A stretch of 63,548 nt of DNA, the filler included, from Sphacelaria rigidula (Eukaryota), in assembly GCA_964200075.2 (NCBI GenBank). It is 11 parts of 11 records of this genome, joined end to end, with 100 filler letters (N's around TTAATTAATTAA, not from the genome) between each part and the next. Parts side by side here need not be neighbours in the genome. Positions count along the whole stretch, not along the records: positions 23,147 to 28,832 come from CAXNAA020025254.1; positions 28,933 to 34,618 come from CAXNAA020025255.1; positions 34,719 to 40,404 come from CAXNAA020025256.1; 8 more parts are not named here. One strand, 5' to 3'. The number at the start of each line of letters is the position of its first letter. Positions within the stretch are counted from its first letter, which is position 1. The position numbers were made by a program, and so were the translations under genes. The notes beneath the pieces were generated by a model. The model was given only the letters and a program-made list of their open reading frames with translations, had not been told where the DNA came from and did not search any database. Shown piece by piece: positions 24,149-36,392 of the stretch.

Positions 24149-25188
24149 AAAATGCGTCAGCCATGAATAGAGTGTTAGCCCAACTCCGGTTAACCCACCT
24201 CCATCCCACCAGTCGTAATTAGGGGATGCGTGTCATGTCCGAAACCCCGATTCATCCATCTCCCTTACTTGTCCGGGATATGTGGTGTCGTATATCCCGC
24301 AGCATATCGTGTGATATCGCGCACCGTACGATGTATCGTGGGACACAAAGGTGCGACTCTTCAGCACTGGTTCCAGATTCTAGACGTTTCGAGCAAGTTA
24401 GGAGGAGACTATCCCCATATATCATATCCGATTTCAAGCGAAATGACGCGACACGATATACATATTATATATATATATATATATATCGGATATCGTATCC
24501 GATATCGCGGGTTCTTCACAGCAGGTTTCAGATATCGTATCGCGTCGATTCTTTTTTTCGAACACATGCACATCACTACACGAAACTACGGAGGCGACCG
24601 AGACAGAGAACGGTTAGTCTGTCATAGCTGCGGTTGGACATGAAGAGTTGTTTACCGTAGAGCCGTCCCGAGGCGGGGATGGGCACTACGCCCGGAAATA
24701 CGTCGCCGTTTTGCCATTAGAGATGAGGGTTTACGTCTTCGCTCAAATAAGTGAAGAAATACATGTTTGCTTTGGGTACGTCTGTCCTCTGACGACTGCT
24801 GGACCCCTCGGCTACCGGTCTGTGCGCGACAGCAAAAGTCCAAGAGCTAACCGAAGAATGAATCAATCGCATATTCCGCTGGAGAGTGCGGTGCTGATTC
24901 ATGAGCAGATATCCATCCTGGCGCTCTTCGAAGGCTCGAACTATTTTGAACGCCCACCGAGATGGACGACTATGTCTGGCGGCGGGCTTCTACCGAGTGA
25001 ACATACTCTGCCGACGCGTGAGACGGACGACAACATTTAGCACGAGCCGCCTCGCGGGATTAAGCCTGTTCCCGAAGTCCACAATAAATTATTCGGGTAA
25101 CTTGACCGTTCTCCCTGCCTTTCCCCTTCTCACTGTCGGATCGCGCCTCCTCTGGAAAATGACTTTGATGCGTGATGACTCTCGGCAG

Positions 25189-25302
25189 GAAATAAAGTAT
25201 GACAAGGCTGTGCTGGCCACCGGGTCGTACCCTTTCGTGCCTCCGACCCCCGGAGCGGACAAGAGGGGCGTTTTCGTGTACCGCACTATTGAAGACCTTG
25301 AG
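25189..25302 (+). CDS. nirB: NAD(P)H-dependent nitrite reductase (NirB-type), internal exon
   Basis: CAG|EIKYDKAVLATGSYPFVPPTPGADKRGVFVYRTIEDLE|GT, phase 0/0. Matches the NirB YDKL..ATGSYP..PP..FVYRTIEDL segment. Confidence 0.92.
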
Positions 25303-25360
25303 GTGCGAAAGAACAAGAGTAATGAAAAAAAGTAGAAGTAGTTGTGGAAGTTCTATAACG

Positions 25361-25500
25361 GTGACGATGATGATGATGATGATGATGATGGTGAGGATGA
25401 TGTAGTGATGGAACATGATGATGGTGATGACGAGGTTGATGATTACATACATATTGATAATGATGATGACGGTTGTAATAGCAAGAATGACGACGAAAAT
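25361..25500. repeat. (GAT)n-rich microsatellite in nirB intron
   Basis: Degenerate GAT/GAC/AAT triplet run. Confidence 0.85.
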
Positions 25501-25718
25501 AGAACGAAACTTATAGTAGTAATAACCTGCCTGTTCTGTTTTGTTTTTCCCTCCTGGTGCAATCAGTAGCTCGTGAAACATCAAGGACATGAGCCCTTGC
25601 CTGGTTTTTGTTACTGAAGAATTATCCCCCCCCCCCCGGGATAAGATATGTAAACGGGTTTTGTGTAATGTATGAAAGAAACTTAATGAGCGCCAGAATG
25701 TTGGAGGTGTCTCTCGGC

Positions 25719-25788
25719 GCTCCGTCTCGAAAGGCATGCGTGGTCAATGGCCACACGACTAAGGCAAGCAACAAATGAGTAACCCCCC
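25719..25788 (+). mobile_element. Family B poly(C)-tailed element upstream of a nirB splice acceptor
   Basis: Matches 40505-40577. The C tail merges into the pyrimidine tract before the AG at 25830-25831. Confidence 0.8.
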
Positions 25789-25831
25789 TCCCTCCCTCCC
25801 TCCCTCTTTCCCTCCCTTCAAAAAACAACAG

Positions 25832-25981
25832 GATATGATCGCGTACCAAGCGGAACACGGTATCACCAAGGCTGCCGTTATCGGCGGGGGTCTGTTGGGA
25901 CTGGAAGCGGCGAAGGCCATGTATGACCTCGGCATGGAAACTCACATCATCGAATACGCTCCCATTCTCATGTGCCGTCAG
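25832..25981 (+). CDS. nirB: NAD(P)H nitrite reductase internal exon (NAD(P)H-binding GxGxxG)
   Basis: CAG|DMIAYQAEHGITKAAVIGGGLLGLEAAKAMYDLGMETHIIEYAPILMCRQ|GT, 150 bp, phase 0/0. Confidence 0.93.
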
Positions 25982-26275
25982 GTGACCGATTGGTAATTAG
26001 ATGATTAGGACACATGCGTTGTACAGCACAAAACCGTCGTTTTGTTATATGACCTTTTTCGATTGTAACCACTTTTTTTTCATTCGTTGTTCGGTTTGCC
26101 TCTGCTTTTTTCTCTTTTTTTTCATTCTTTTTTTACCCAGCGCGTGCTGTTTTTAGTGTTTTTTGCCCTCGTTTTGTTTGTTTCTGGTTGTTACGTTCGC
26201 TCCAATTTTTCTCCCATAACCGTAAATAACAGCTATCTCCCGTGTGTGTATCTGTGTGTCTGTGTGTGTGGTTAA

Positions 26276-26902
26276 CACACCCCGGACAATATGTGGCCAA
26301 TAGTTGCAATATAAAAAGTACGGCGTAAGGTAAAGGCCTACTGCAACTGTTGCACACCTCGGACAAATTATGATCAATAGTTCGAGTGTCGGACGAATGA
26401 ATGATACGTGTGGAAATTAATTAATTTTGGTGTAATTGATTCGTCCGCCACGAATCAATCGTTGGGCTTTGTTTTCAGCGTTGCAACCCAGGGACGCGCA
26501 GCCCAGGGACGTGGAATGGTGAAAAAAATGCGTGGAGAAATGTTTTGATCAGCGGTCAACTTTTTCCCGCTTTCAAGTAATCGATCCTGAAGAATCGTAG
26601 ATTTGGTGAATCGAACTGGCGATGATTTGCCCGAACCGTGCAACAGTTGCAATAATGGACGAAAATTGTACCGCGTGAAGTATAGGTATTTTGCAACTAT
26701 CGTGGGCCGACAATAGCATCAATGGGGATATACTTGACGCGGTACAATTTTTGTCTATTGCAACGATTGACCATATATATATTTTGCCCAAGGTGTGAAC
26801 TACTGCCGGACCGACACACCGGCAGTAATTCCAACTGGCCTATACTCTTTGCAGTTCATTTTTTAGTATTGCAACTATTGACCGCACATTATCCAGGGTG
26901 TG
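26276..26902. mobile_element. Three nested MITEs in a nirB intron
   Basis: An outer CACACC..GGTGTG element (26276-26902) contains a second one (26353-26797, flanks AACTGTTG/AACTACTG). That one contains a ~250-bp element (26385-26637) also found at 42449-42700 and 44779-45034. Confidence 0.7.
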
Positions 26903-27075
26903 GCGTTTGTATGCAAACACTACAATTTTTTGGGGTCTCGTTATAGTGCGGTAATTTTGAGCTGCCGAGAACTCGCTGTATCATACATATACTGTTTTCC
27001 ACCACCCTCATGTGCAGTCGGCAAAACAAAGCGGTTTATCTTGACTCCAGTTCATCTATCCATTGAACCAGTGAG

Positions 27076-27149
27076 GCTCTCGAAAGGAATGCGTGGTCAA
27101 TTGTCAAACGACTAAGGCAAGCAACGAATCAGTACGCCCCCCCCCCCCC
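27076..27149 (+). mobile_element. Family B poly(C)-tailed element upstream of a nirB splice acceptor
   Basis: Matches family B. The C tail runs into the pyrimidine tract before the AG at 27188-27189. Confidence 0.78.
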
Positions 27150-27189
27150 TCCCCCTCCTACCTTCGCTCTCAATACTTTGGGTCGGCAG

Positions 27190-27368
27190 ATTGACGACGC
27201 AGGACACGCAATCCTGGGGGGTATGATCGAAGACCTGGGTCTCAAGATCCACTGCAATGCACGCGTCACGGAGTTTCTGGGTGATGAAGCCGTGTCTGGT
27301 CTCACCTTCTCCAACGAGGGATGGGAGGACCTTGACGTGGGCATGGTGGTCGTATCCGCTGGTATTCG
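27190..27368 (+). CDS. nirB: NAD(P)H nitrite reductase internal exon
   Basis: CAG|IDDAGHAILGGMIEDLGLKIHCNARVTEFLGDEAVSGLTFSNEGWEDLDVGMVVVSAGI(R)|GT, phase 0/2. Confidence 0.92.
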
Positions 27369-27542
27369 GTGCGTGAAAACAAAATGCGTTTTTGGGAGGG
27401 GGGTACACGATATATGTATACTTATACATACAGATACTACGCGTAGTAATGACCGTACTTGACTTTCTTTTGGTGGAAAATAACATATATATATATAGAT
27501 ATAGATATAGATACAGACATGATTGTGTGAGGAGTAGCAGTG

Positions 27543-27622
27543 ACGGTACTGGAAATGCGAGTCTACGTCTGTGACGACGGATTCGAGAGATCGGGCTAGT
27601 GTGTGTAAACAACAATAATAGT
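27543..27622 (+). mobile_element. Short 3' end of RTE-type LINE (or a SINE sharing its tail)
   Basis: TCTGTGACGACGGATTCGAGAGATCGGGCTAGTGTG + AAC/AAT tail. Matches 52077-52148 and the reverse complement of 54381-54475. Confidence 0.7.
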
Positions 27623-28281
27623 TGTCAATATCGTAATTATGAAATATCATACTCATCATAATGCTACCTATAAATAGTATATATTCATATATAAATGGAT
27701 GAAAATGGCGAAACGAGTTGTCGTATTATTTATTTATTTACTGGACCCGTTACCGAAAATGAAGTAAAGAGATGATTGTGATGATGGAATCATGTAGATG
27801 GCAGATACATCGCGTTTCTGCGGCTCGCAAAGTATCAGATTTTGTGAATCAACGTTGTATTTCAAGTGTCAGTTCCGCGTCAGTGAATGAGAGTTGAGGA
27901 CTGTGAGCTTACGAACAGCTATATATTGGAAATCTACGAAAAAAATGACGAAGGTTAGTAGGTGTAGGTGCATACTAGAAGAATACAAAAAAAGTTGAAA
28001 TTTATTTTTTGCGTAATTACACATTTTTTTTTCGTTGCTTGATGTATACTGTGCTTTGGTATCTCTAGCAGCATGTGAGTGTATAGCGCGCACCTGCGAA
28101 CAAGATCGAAAAAAAGTAGTCGTCGACGCTTTGATTTCAAACATGCACCAAGGGTATTTCGGCGTATTCGTTTTTTGTAATGCTTCCCCTTCCTTCCCCA
28201 CTCTCGCCCCACGCTTCGTTTTCAATTCATAACTCCACTCACTTGGCGGGCTCGATCGTGGCAAACGACGACGGACAACAG

Positions 28282-28407
28282 CCCCCGCGACGAGATCGCA
28301 CGCGCTTCGGACATCGCGGTGCACGAGAGGGGGGGTGTTATCGTGGACGATAAGCTTCGCACCAACGATGAGGACATATATGCCATCGGGGAGGTGGCCC
28401 TGCACGG
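28282..28407 (+). CDS. nirB: NAD(P)H nitrite reductase internal exon (second FAD-binding motif)
   Basis: CAG|(R)PRDEIARASDIAVHERGGVIVDDKLRTNDEDIYAIGEVALH(G)|GTGAG. The phase-2 start completes GIRPRD. This exon is missed by the ORF track. Confidence 0.92.
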
Positions 28408-28518
28408 GTGAGCCAAGCCAAGCTAAAACGAAACGAAACGGAACAGTCCCATTATTCCACCCGAGACGCACATGCAGATGACGGGGGGGAAACTATAATG
28501 GCTGTCGCATGTTCTGTA

Positions 28519-28549
<31 letters not shown>

Positions 28550-28832
28550 GTCGGTATCATGACCGGTTTTGCTTTGTTTTTGGTCGTCTTGGGCTCCCCC
28601 CCTCCCCCCGCTCCTTTGGGGATGCGAGTTCAATGGTCTTATGGCTACGATATGCAAGATCTTGTTTATATGTCCCCCTCCCACCCCCTCCTGGTGTGGA
28701 TGATCGTCATGGTCGTCATAGTCCTTTTGCCTTTGATTACTCGCTACTCGCTACTCGCCGTCTACGCTCCCTGCCCCCCCCCCCCCCACCCCACCACCCC
28801 CCACAATACCCCCCCTCCCCCCCCGCGCTCCT

Positions 28833-28932
28833 NNNNNNNNNNNNNNNNNNNNNNNNNNNNNNNNNNNNNNNNNNNNTTAATTAATTAANNNNNNNNNNNN
28901 NNNNNNNNNNNNNNNNNNNNNNNNNNNNNNNN
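28833..28932. other. Artificial contig linker
   Basis: 44 N + TTAATTAATTAA + 44 N. Confidence 0.98.
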
Positions 28933-29910
28933 GGCACGCGTGCGCTGGCATGGTCTGCGGCGGGCCACGAGCAAAGGCGACGGGTGGTGGTGGCAACGTC
29001 GCCGCCCCGTAAAATTGCAACGTTATTCTTGAACCCGTGCAGTTTCGGCCAAAAGAAGCAGCGAGTGGGCAATATTTCTGCCGCTACATCGTGTTCATCA
29101 AAGATCGCAGGGTAGTTCCCGTTCATTCATCAAAACCGGTGACAACCTCGCAAAAGCACGTCAAGACAATTCACAAGATTCCATTCAACAAAAAATTATA
29201 CTTGAGCGTGTGGTCGAGAGCTGGCAACAACCATTGCCTCTAACTTCACGCCTGCCCCTGTACATCGGTACGAATACGCGGCGTTGATACACCAAAATTG
29301 TCTTCTCTCACGCAGTCACAAGTCCCCATTGTGCCCTAATAATGAAACAGCGATGCAGTGCTCATCCCCAGTGATGAGCCGCTCTCGTTTCTTCTCTTGC
29401 GTGCACCCTTGTTAATTGAGGGGGCATTGATCATATCCCAGCTCGGCTCAGCAGCTGTGAGGCAACCTCTTGTCCCCAGAAGTAAAACGCGCCGCCGGTA
29501 CTGCAAAAAATCCAGGCGGGCGGGGAGGGGGGGGGCGGGATCAAAAACTGTCTGGGATGTGGCTATTGCGATAGTGGTTGAAGATCTCAAGATAGAGCTA
29601 CCACCCACGATTCACTTCACACGGAAACATGGGTGATTCAATAGTTCACTGCTCAACGTTACTTTCTCGCACAAACCCTACCGTGGTTTCTCCGACCTCT
29701 CCCTCACAAGACTTGCGATTTGAATCTGGGCCGTTTCACTATTAATCTCGTACCCAAGATAGCTTTACATGAAAGAGATGATGTCGACACCCCGAGCACC
29801 AACGCTGTGCGAGTGTGGTATGGGAGAAAACTAGCTCGAGTACAACGCGGAAGATTTTGGAGTGCAGAGGCGAGCAGAAGATGGTGAATACAAGCGAACA
29901 CAGATAGTTC

Positions 29911-30055
29911 CAGCAATGCGGGCATACTGGCACCTAAAACAGTCGCGACATAGAGAATAGTATCGGCAGTGCGGGCATACTGGCACTTATAACAGTCCCA
30001 ACAAGAAACATTTCACCAGAAATGCGGGCATACTGACACCTGAAACCAATCCCAG
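29911..30055. repeat. Three-copy repeat, 53-bp period
   Basis: TGCGGGCATACTGGCACCT/TA-like core at ~29917, 29970 and 30023, with diverged intervening sequence. Confidence 0.75.
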
Positions 30056-30071
30056 TTAACGGACTAATAGG

Positions 30072-30267
30072 GCACAATATTCCCTCATTTTTTTCCATCC
30101 ATGTGATAGCGTAATATATTATATAAATGTATATATGTGGCGACTATTGCGATGATGCCATATCTCAGATGCACAATATTCCCTCATTTTTTTCCATCCA
30201 TGTGATGGCGTAATGTTTATAAATGTATATATGTGGCGACTATTACGATGATGCCATATCTCAGATG
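30072..30267. repeat. Tandem duplication of ~99 bp
   Basis: GCACAATATTCCCTCATTTTTT..GATGCCATATCTCAGATG occurs twice, head to tail. Confidence 0.9.
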
Positions 30268-31247
30268 GGAGCCGATCTACAGTGTAGAGAGAGATATCGG
30301 CTGACGTCAATCCACACGCGGCTGCCAACGAGTATGATCTAGTGTAGCGCATGCGCCGTCCGGATTCCATGTAACTTCGTTTTTTCTAACGGACCCCTGA
30401 GAAAAGTCCATTTTCCACACGTTCAGGGATCTAACCGGCGGTTTTGAGGGGTCAGGAACCAAAACGCGCACTGCTCACACACGAGAACAACTCAAAGGGA
30501 GCTTCGCCCGAAGAACCCGCAAGATCATTTTCACGTTTGTCGTACGCTTCAGCACAGTTTCGGGGTGCCCCGATGCGGACAGGCGTAAGTACAGAATCTT
30601 CAGACTGAGCAGCTCTTCCTCAGTTTCTCAATTTCTCAGTTTCTCGGTTTCTCAGTTTAGTCGAGTCTGCGGCACTGCCCTCTCCTTCCTCTTTTTTCAC
30701 GCTTGGCTCCTTTTTTTCAAAATTCCAATAAATGCTATCGTTTATTTTCCTTGGATTTTGTCCATCCTGTGATGAATGGTGTGGCTTCGTAGCGAATCAG
30801 TTAATTCATGTGCTATAAATCAAGCAATCAATTAAATCAGTGACGGCCGCGTCTGATCGGCACGGGTAAAACCTGTCTCGCGAAAGCTGCTTGCCAACAG
30901 ATTTGTTCCTACCACCACCACTTTCAGGCTTATCCATAACAGACATTTCTGTCCATATGCAAGCCCGATGAGTGGATGTTTTCGGCGCGCGTCTGACACA
31001 CACACTACTGTTTCTCGTTCACTTCCGAACCGATCTGACCAAAGCGTGTGCAACATGCGCAGCTGATCAGCAGATACGCCTTGAGCTAGATATATTTTGT
31101 TTACAGTTCTAGTGGGGCTCCAAGTTTCATGTGTTCTTATGTGTTCTTGTGTGATGTGTGTCTCGACTGTGCATGTACCCCTGCGATTACTACGGTAGGG
31201 TTCCCCTTCGAGCAAACAGATCGCCCGTTCGCGCAAACAGATTTTTT

Positions 31248-31625
31248 GAAGGTTGTGTTATGCGAGGTACGGTTTTCTGTATACCCAGGTTATTTTTCCG
31301 GGTATGTCCCGTACCCGACAGTTCGGTGACTTCTGTAAGACTTTCATACCGGTACCCGACAATTATGTGTTCTGTACGTAATATTTACCCGAACCCGGGG
31401 GGCGGGTATATCCGAAACGAGTTACCCGATCGCCGGTACCGGTTCTCTGTAAGCCTCCCGTACGGTACCCGACAAGTTCTGTAAAGTCTGTAAGGCTTTC
31501 ATACCGGTACTCGACAGTTCTGTAAAGTCTGTGAGGCTTCCAAACCGGTACCGACAGTTCTGTCAACTCTGTACGGAATCTCATACCCTACAGAACGTAC
31601 CCGTACCTTACAGAACACAACCTTG
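31248..31625. mobile_element. hAT-like MITE with internal ~40-bp subrepeats
   Basis: TIRs AAGGTTGTGTT.TG..AGGTACGG / CCGTACCT..CAGAACACAACCTT. Flanks GATTTTTT / TATTTTTT (7/8 match). Internal ACCGGTACCCGACAGTTCTGTAA repeats. Confidence 0.7.
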
Positions 31626-32704
31626 TATTTTTTCCCGGTTTACTTGGGGGGGTAGCATCGCACCGACCGACCACAGGGGGTGAAAAGCGAACAGATTCTG
31701 AGCAAATACTTTTTCCTTCCTCGACAAGTCACGGCTTAACATATTCACTGACTGATCCAGCAAATCTAGATAGGTCCGAATATGTGAGTGAGCCTAATAA
31801 ACAATCATCACAGTTTTTTTATAAGCATCAACAGTAACTATAATATACCAGCCTCAGCCGTTATTGCGAATGAAACTTCCTCCGGCGTACAACGGCATAG
31901 GGTACCCTACCGACTCCACGCCGCGATAAAGAACATGTGTAAGCACGTCCCACCGGTTTACTTCTCACATTGAAGAACCACAAAATTTCGCACTCAATAC
32001 AAGTATAAGGACTTCGGCGGCTTACGCTCTCGCCCTCAACGGATCGAGCTGCCGAATTTCCGTTGGGTTCTCTGCAACTATTGCATAACAAAAGAAATAT
32101 GAGAGATCTTTGCCGGCCTCTGCTGTTGTTGCTCCGTGAGCTAGCGAACAGCTGGACATCCCGACGGGGTCTCGTGTATTTGTGTACGAACGATTTCTGC
32201 AGGCTGCGCAAAGATGCGGCGGAGACGTTGTAGGTCCTGTGATGTTCTGCAGTGTGGTGCCGTGGAGGGTGATTTTAAGGGACTAATAGTGGTCACCAGA
32301 GGGTCTACTTTGGCAAAAGGGCGACCTTACCGTGGGAAAAAAAAGGATCTGGGATGAAAGTAGTAGATGGCGGTAGGCCGACCCATCCGGTTCTCCGGCT
32401 AGAGGAGGTCTGCTGCGCAGCCCTTGTTGCCCACGGTACTGTTTTGCCCGTAGGCACGCCCGGAAGTATGTGAAAGTCGACTCCCGTGTTCTGCCCATGC
32501 CGTGGGTCGACTTGCCTTCGTGGGAGGATTGAATTTCGATCGATTTCAGAGGCGCTTGGACAGAGCCTGAACCTATGTTCTGCCTAGACCCATTGTGGCG
32601 AAAAATGGCGTGGGTCGACCCAGTTGTGTCTCATGACCAATTTGATACTCTCCATCGTGTTGGATAATGCCCATGACTCTGAAAACATCTAGATTGGTGA
32701 ACGA

Positions 32705-33363
32705 CCCCTTCGACGGCCGGAGGCGCCCATTTGTTGAACTGGCATCGTTTTCACGCCTTCATGTAAAAATGATGTCGGACGGTTGAACGGACAAGCGCCA
32801 AATTCCGGGGCAAAACAAAAAGGAGGAAACCACAAAGTGAACGAGCGCTGATTGAGGCACTCAGTGGTTGAATTTCAACAAAATAGTCGCCAACGTCAAG
32901 ATCTCACAGAAGCACCAAAAATCAACCGTCAAGTGCACACCAATGGTTCAAGGGATAAGGACTCAAGTGATTGGTACGATTGATCGATCGATTGATTGAT
33001 TGATCAATTTCTTTCATTTGATCATTTATTTGTCGCACCCCGAACTGCTCTCCTTCCTCGGGACGAGGCCGTGGTCTCAAAGGATCAAACCGTCTCTCCC
33101 CAGCCAATCAATCATTTCAGCCTTCATCCCTTGAGCCATTTGTGTGCACTTGACGGTTGATTTTTGGTGCTGCACAGGATCAGTACAGAATGGTGCACCG
33201 AAGAACTTACTGTCAACGTGCGCGACGCCGCATACCACCAGGCCACCAGCTTCCGGCGGTCAAAGGTTCAACCCTTTCAACATGGAACTGGCATCAGCTT
33301 TACTCGGAGAAGGCATAAAGAGGATACCGATTCAACAAATGGACAACTCCGGCGGTTGAATGG
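32705..33363. mobile_element. ~660-bp TIR element related to the piggyBac-like MITE ends
   Basis: The left end CCCTTCGACGGCCGGAGGCGCCCATTTGTTGAA..GCCTTC is an imperfect reverse complement of GAAGGC..TTCAACAAATGGACAACTCCGGCGGTTGAATGG. The TSD is not intact. Confidence 0.55.
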
Positions 33364-34512
33364 TTTATATCGGCGTCGTGGGACAAATCGCCCCGTGACT
33401 GCAGGTCCATAGAATATCCCCGCTGCCGGGGTGTCCACTGTCTGCATTCGTCGGGGTTAGGGTTGGGGTTAGTCTGAGAGTGTATTGGGTCAGTCCATGA
33501 AAAAAAATCGGATACTGTGGAGAGAGGGGCTGGCGATGAAATTGAGCCCCTTTTGATCGCTGGAGGTGTCCATTTGTTTGATCGGCATGATTTTCAGGTA
33601 TATTTCAAGTGATGATGCCGGATGGCGCGCAACGGAAAATCGAGTTTTTTTTTTAATTATGAAAACGGAAGAAATACTGACGTGTGCTCAACCATTTGGG
33701 GACCAGGCTCCCAGACACATGTGGTTTGCACGCAGTTGCACGCAATGATTTTTCGGTGAATCGGCACCATTTTTACTTGAAAACGACTAAAAACGATGCC
33801 GATTCACAAAAGGCCCCTGCGTGCAAACCACATGTTTCTGGGATTCCGGCCCCGAAAGGATCAATCACACAGAAAGCTCCCGGATAAAATACTGCGCTGT
33901 GGTGTGTCACACTCCGGCGAAATGCTGCGCTATGGTGCAGTCACACTACTGAACTTGCAGAAAAAGATAATCAGCCACGAGGACACGGTTTTCAGAGCTT
34001 CGCGCCACCGCCCGATTGAAGCGACTTCAGGCCAAATGATAGCGCGGAACGCTCGGTGCTGAAGATTCGATTTGGAGATCATTGAAAAAATTGAGGGGGG
34101 AGTTGGGGTCCTCGAAAGAGGGTGTGCTTTCGTATGTGTGGTGGCGATCGTATGCTCATCTCTGACGTCAGGGTTGTTTGCAAGTCATGATGAAACTGCA
34201 CAGAAAACATTCATCACTAACTCCAGAACATCGTCGACGAGAAGATTACACAGACAGTAAAGATCCCAACCGGGCAGAACGGAAAACATTTCATGCACCC
34301 GCGGGAATGCAAGTAAGCGATGCACTCAGGGCAGTTACTGGACCCTCAAGCGTGTGAAGGAGGGACAAAACTACACAAAAAGGATACAACGTGACTAGCC
34401 TCGAACCTCCAATCTGCTCCGTGTCAGGGAAAGGTTTCGCGTTCCTGCCGTATGCCCAGCACTTTCGGCTATTTGAAGGGTGAAGTATTGCGCTTCTTAG
34501 GCCTTTACGGAA

Positions 34513-34514
<2 letters not shown>

Positions 34515-34578
<64 letters not shown>
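34515..34578. repeat. (GT)n microsatellite
   Basis: About 32 GT units. Confidence 0.97.
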
Positions 34579-34579
<1 letters not shown>

Positions 34580-34618
34580 GTTGTCGCGTCTAGTGTTTTC
34601 GGGGGTCTGTCTATGTCT

Positions 34619-34718
34619 NNNNNNNNNNNNNNNNNNNNNNNNNNNNNNNNNNNNNNNNNNNNTTAATTAATTAANNNNNNNNNNNNNNNNNNNNNNNNNN
34701 NNNNNNNNNNNNNNNNNN
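34619..34718. other. Artificial contig linker
   Basis: 44 N + TTAATTAATTAA + 44 N. Confidence 0.98.
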
Positions 34719-34776
34719 TCCCGGCTTTGTAGAGATGCGAGGTCAATGGTCTTATGATGATGAGTACCCCCCCCCC
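34719..34776 (+). repeat. Poly(C)-tailed repeat, family A (internally deleted)
   Basis: Matches 1-67 with a deletion. Confidence 0.8.
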
Positions 34777-36133
34777 TTATGGGTCTCTTCGCACGCCCTT
34801 TGAGGAGCAGAGGTCGATGAAGGAGACCTTTGACGCCGACTAGCGGTGAGGAGATTTGTGCGGCTTCCCTCACATATCTTGTGCGTGTGCTGGGTTCCAC
34901 ATGTACGTGAGCTCTGACAATACCATCACTTTCATGTCACATGTAGTGCATGAAAAACAGGCAATAAACGCGCTACAGACCGAGAAAAGGGTACTCAAGA
35001 TAAACAAGCGTTGACAAACCTGGCGCCTGGCGCGGTTTTACTGTATCACACATCACACACAGTCTTCGGAACTCCGGAGACAGTGATGCGCACAAAAACG
35101 CAGCAAACGGTCGTCACAAGCAAAAAACAAAACAAAAACAACCAACAGACGACAATGTACCGTTGGAACACAAAGCACTCGTATCAACAAACAGCGGGAG
35201 TTAGATCGGCACCCAGCGTACTCGTATACCCCGAGCAACGCATCGGGTACCAGCATGCACGACGTGACGTGCCACGTTTGGCCGCACGCAAGCACACGGA
35301 AGCACGGTACCAGGGGTTTGGCTACTCGGTACACCTGGCTAATCCGCAGGAACACAGAGAAAGCAAATTGAATCCAGAATCATGAAATAGTAACCCCATC
35401 CGCGCACCGCGCCGAAGACGGTGGTAGCAACAGGCATCGTAGAGTACCCTAGAAGGCTGGATGCTTCATGTCTAAATAGATATGTAGGTTGACGCTTTCA
35501 ACGTCCCCAGTTATTTCGCGATATTCCCTCAACTGACGCTTCCACGGGGCTTTGAGGTATTGTCATTTATGGAATAGACGGAAGATGAACGAAGGTTGGC
35601 GAGGGTAACGAAAAACTACACATTTCAGCCCATAGGCAAGCAGGGGCATTGTGTCATAGCTTTAAGGCGACGCGCGCGCAGAGGGGGCGGGGGGTGTTAA
35701 TTTTCATTGTTCTGCTTGATGTCCCGACGTATTTGTGCGTCCGTGACCGGGAGTACTGCCGGTGTGACAACTGCATCACTGTTTTGCTGTACCTCAAGGG
35801 TAATTAGCTGCTGGTCATCGTTTGCGCGCGAATAACTATGACGCGCGGCCTATGCAAAGCAAGCCTCCTCCCCGTACCAAAAGGAATTTGTCCGAACCCC
35901 GTTCAGCGTCAAACTAGGGGTCCAGGCAGCAGTGGGTTGAGAGCATGCGGAAACCACCTTCGGCGAAGTAAGAAGGAGCGACTGGCGAAGGACGATCGCC
36001 CTGTCGAGAACAATGATGACTCTTCTACTCGGGGACCAGTGTCGACCGATTCAACGACCCAGACATACAAAACATGGACAATTCCCATTCCTCGCACGGC
36101 CCCGCACCTCAAGTCACTAAACCATATCGTACC

Positions 36134-36392
36134 TTCGACGGCGGGGCAATCTTGAAGACGCCCTTGCTTCTCAGCGCTTGTTGTTTTGTCACAGACAGCC
36201 GCATCCCTCCGCCAAACATACCGCCACGTCGCTGGTTGCCAGCCGACAACGCTCCACCACCTCGCCCCCCGCCCGCGGCCGCCCCTCCCGTAACAGCGTC
36301 ACCGCTGCCGCCTCCGCCGAAACCACTCCAAGTGTTGCCGCTCTTGGCTGCGGAACCTCGGGCTGCTGCCTTTACTCGTTTGCTCTCTTGAA
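36134..36392 (-). CDS. Probable internal exon, Gly/Ala-rich low-complexity protein
   Basis: Minus-strand frame ESKRVKAAARGSAAKSG...GVFKIAPPSK followed by a GTACG donor. Likely the same gene as 38018-39033. Confidence 0.4.

Noticed and set aside
25060..25737. 225-aa minus ORF and 75-aa Asp-rich plus ORF
   Set aside because: Both are products of the intronic (GAT)n microsatellite and of antisense reading of a nirB exon.
29911..30055. CRISPR-like repeat/spacer pattern
   Set aside because: Only three imperfect repeats, spacers partly similar to each other, no cas genes and a eukaryotic context. Treated as a diverged minisatellite.
33453..33472. Telomere-like GGGTTAGGGTTGGGGTTAG
   Set aside because: Too short and internal. 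Not evidence of a chromosome end.
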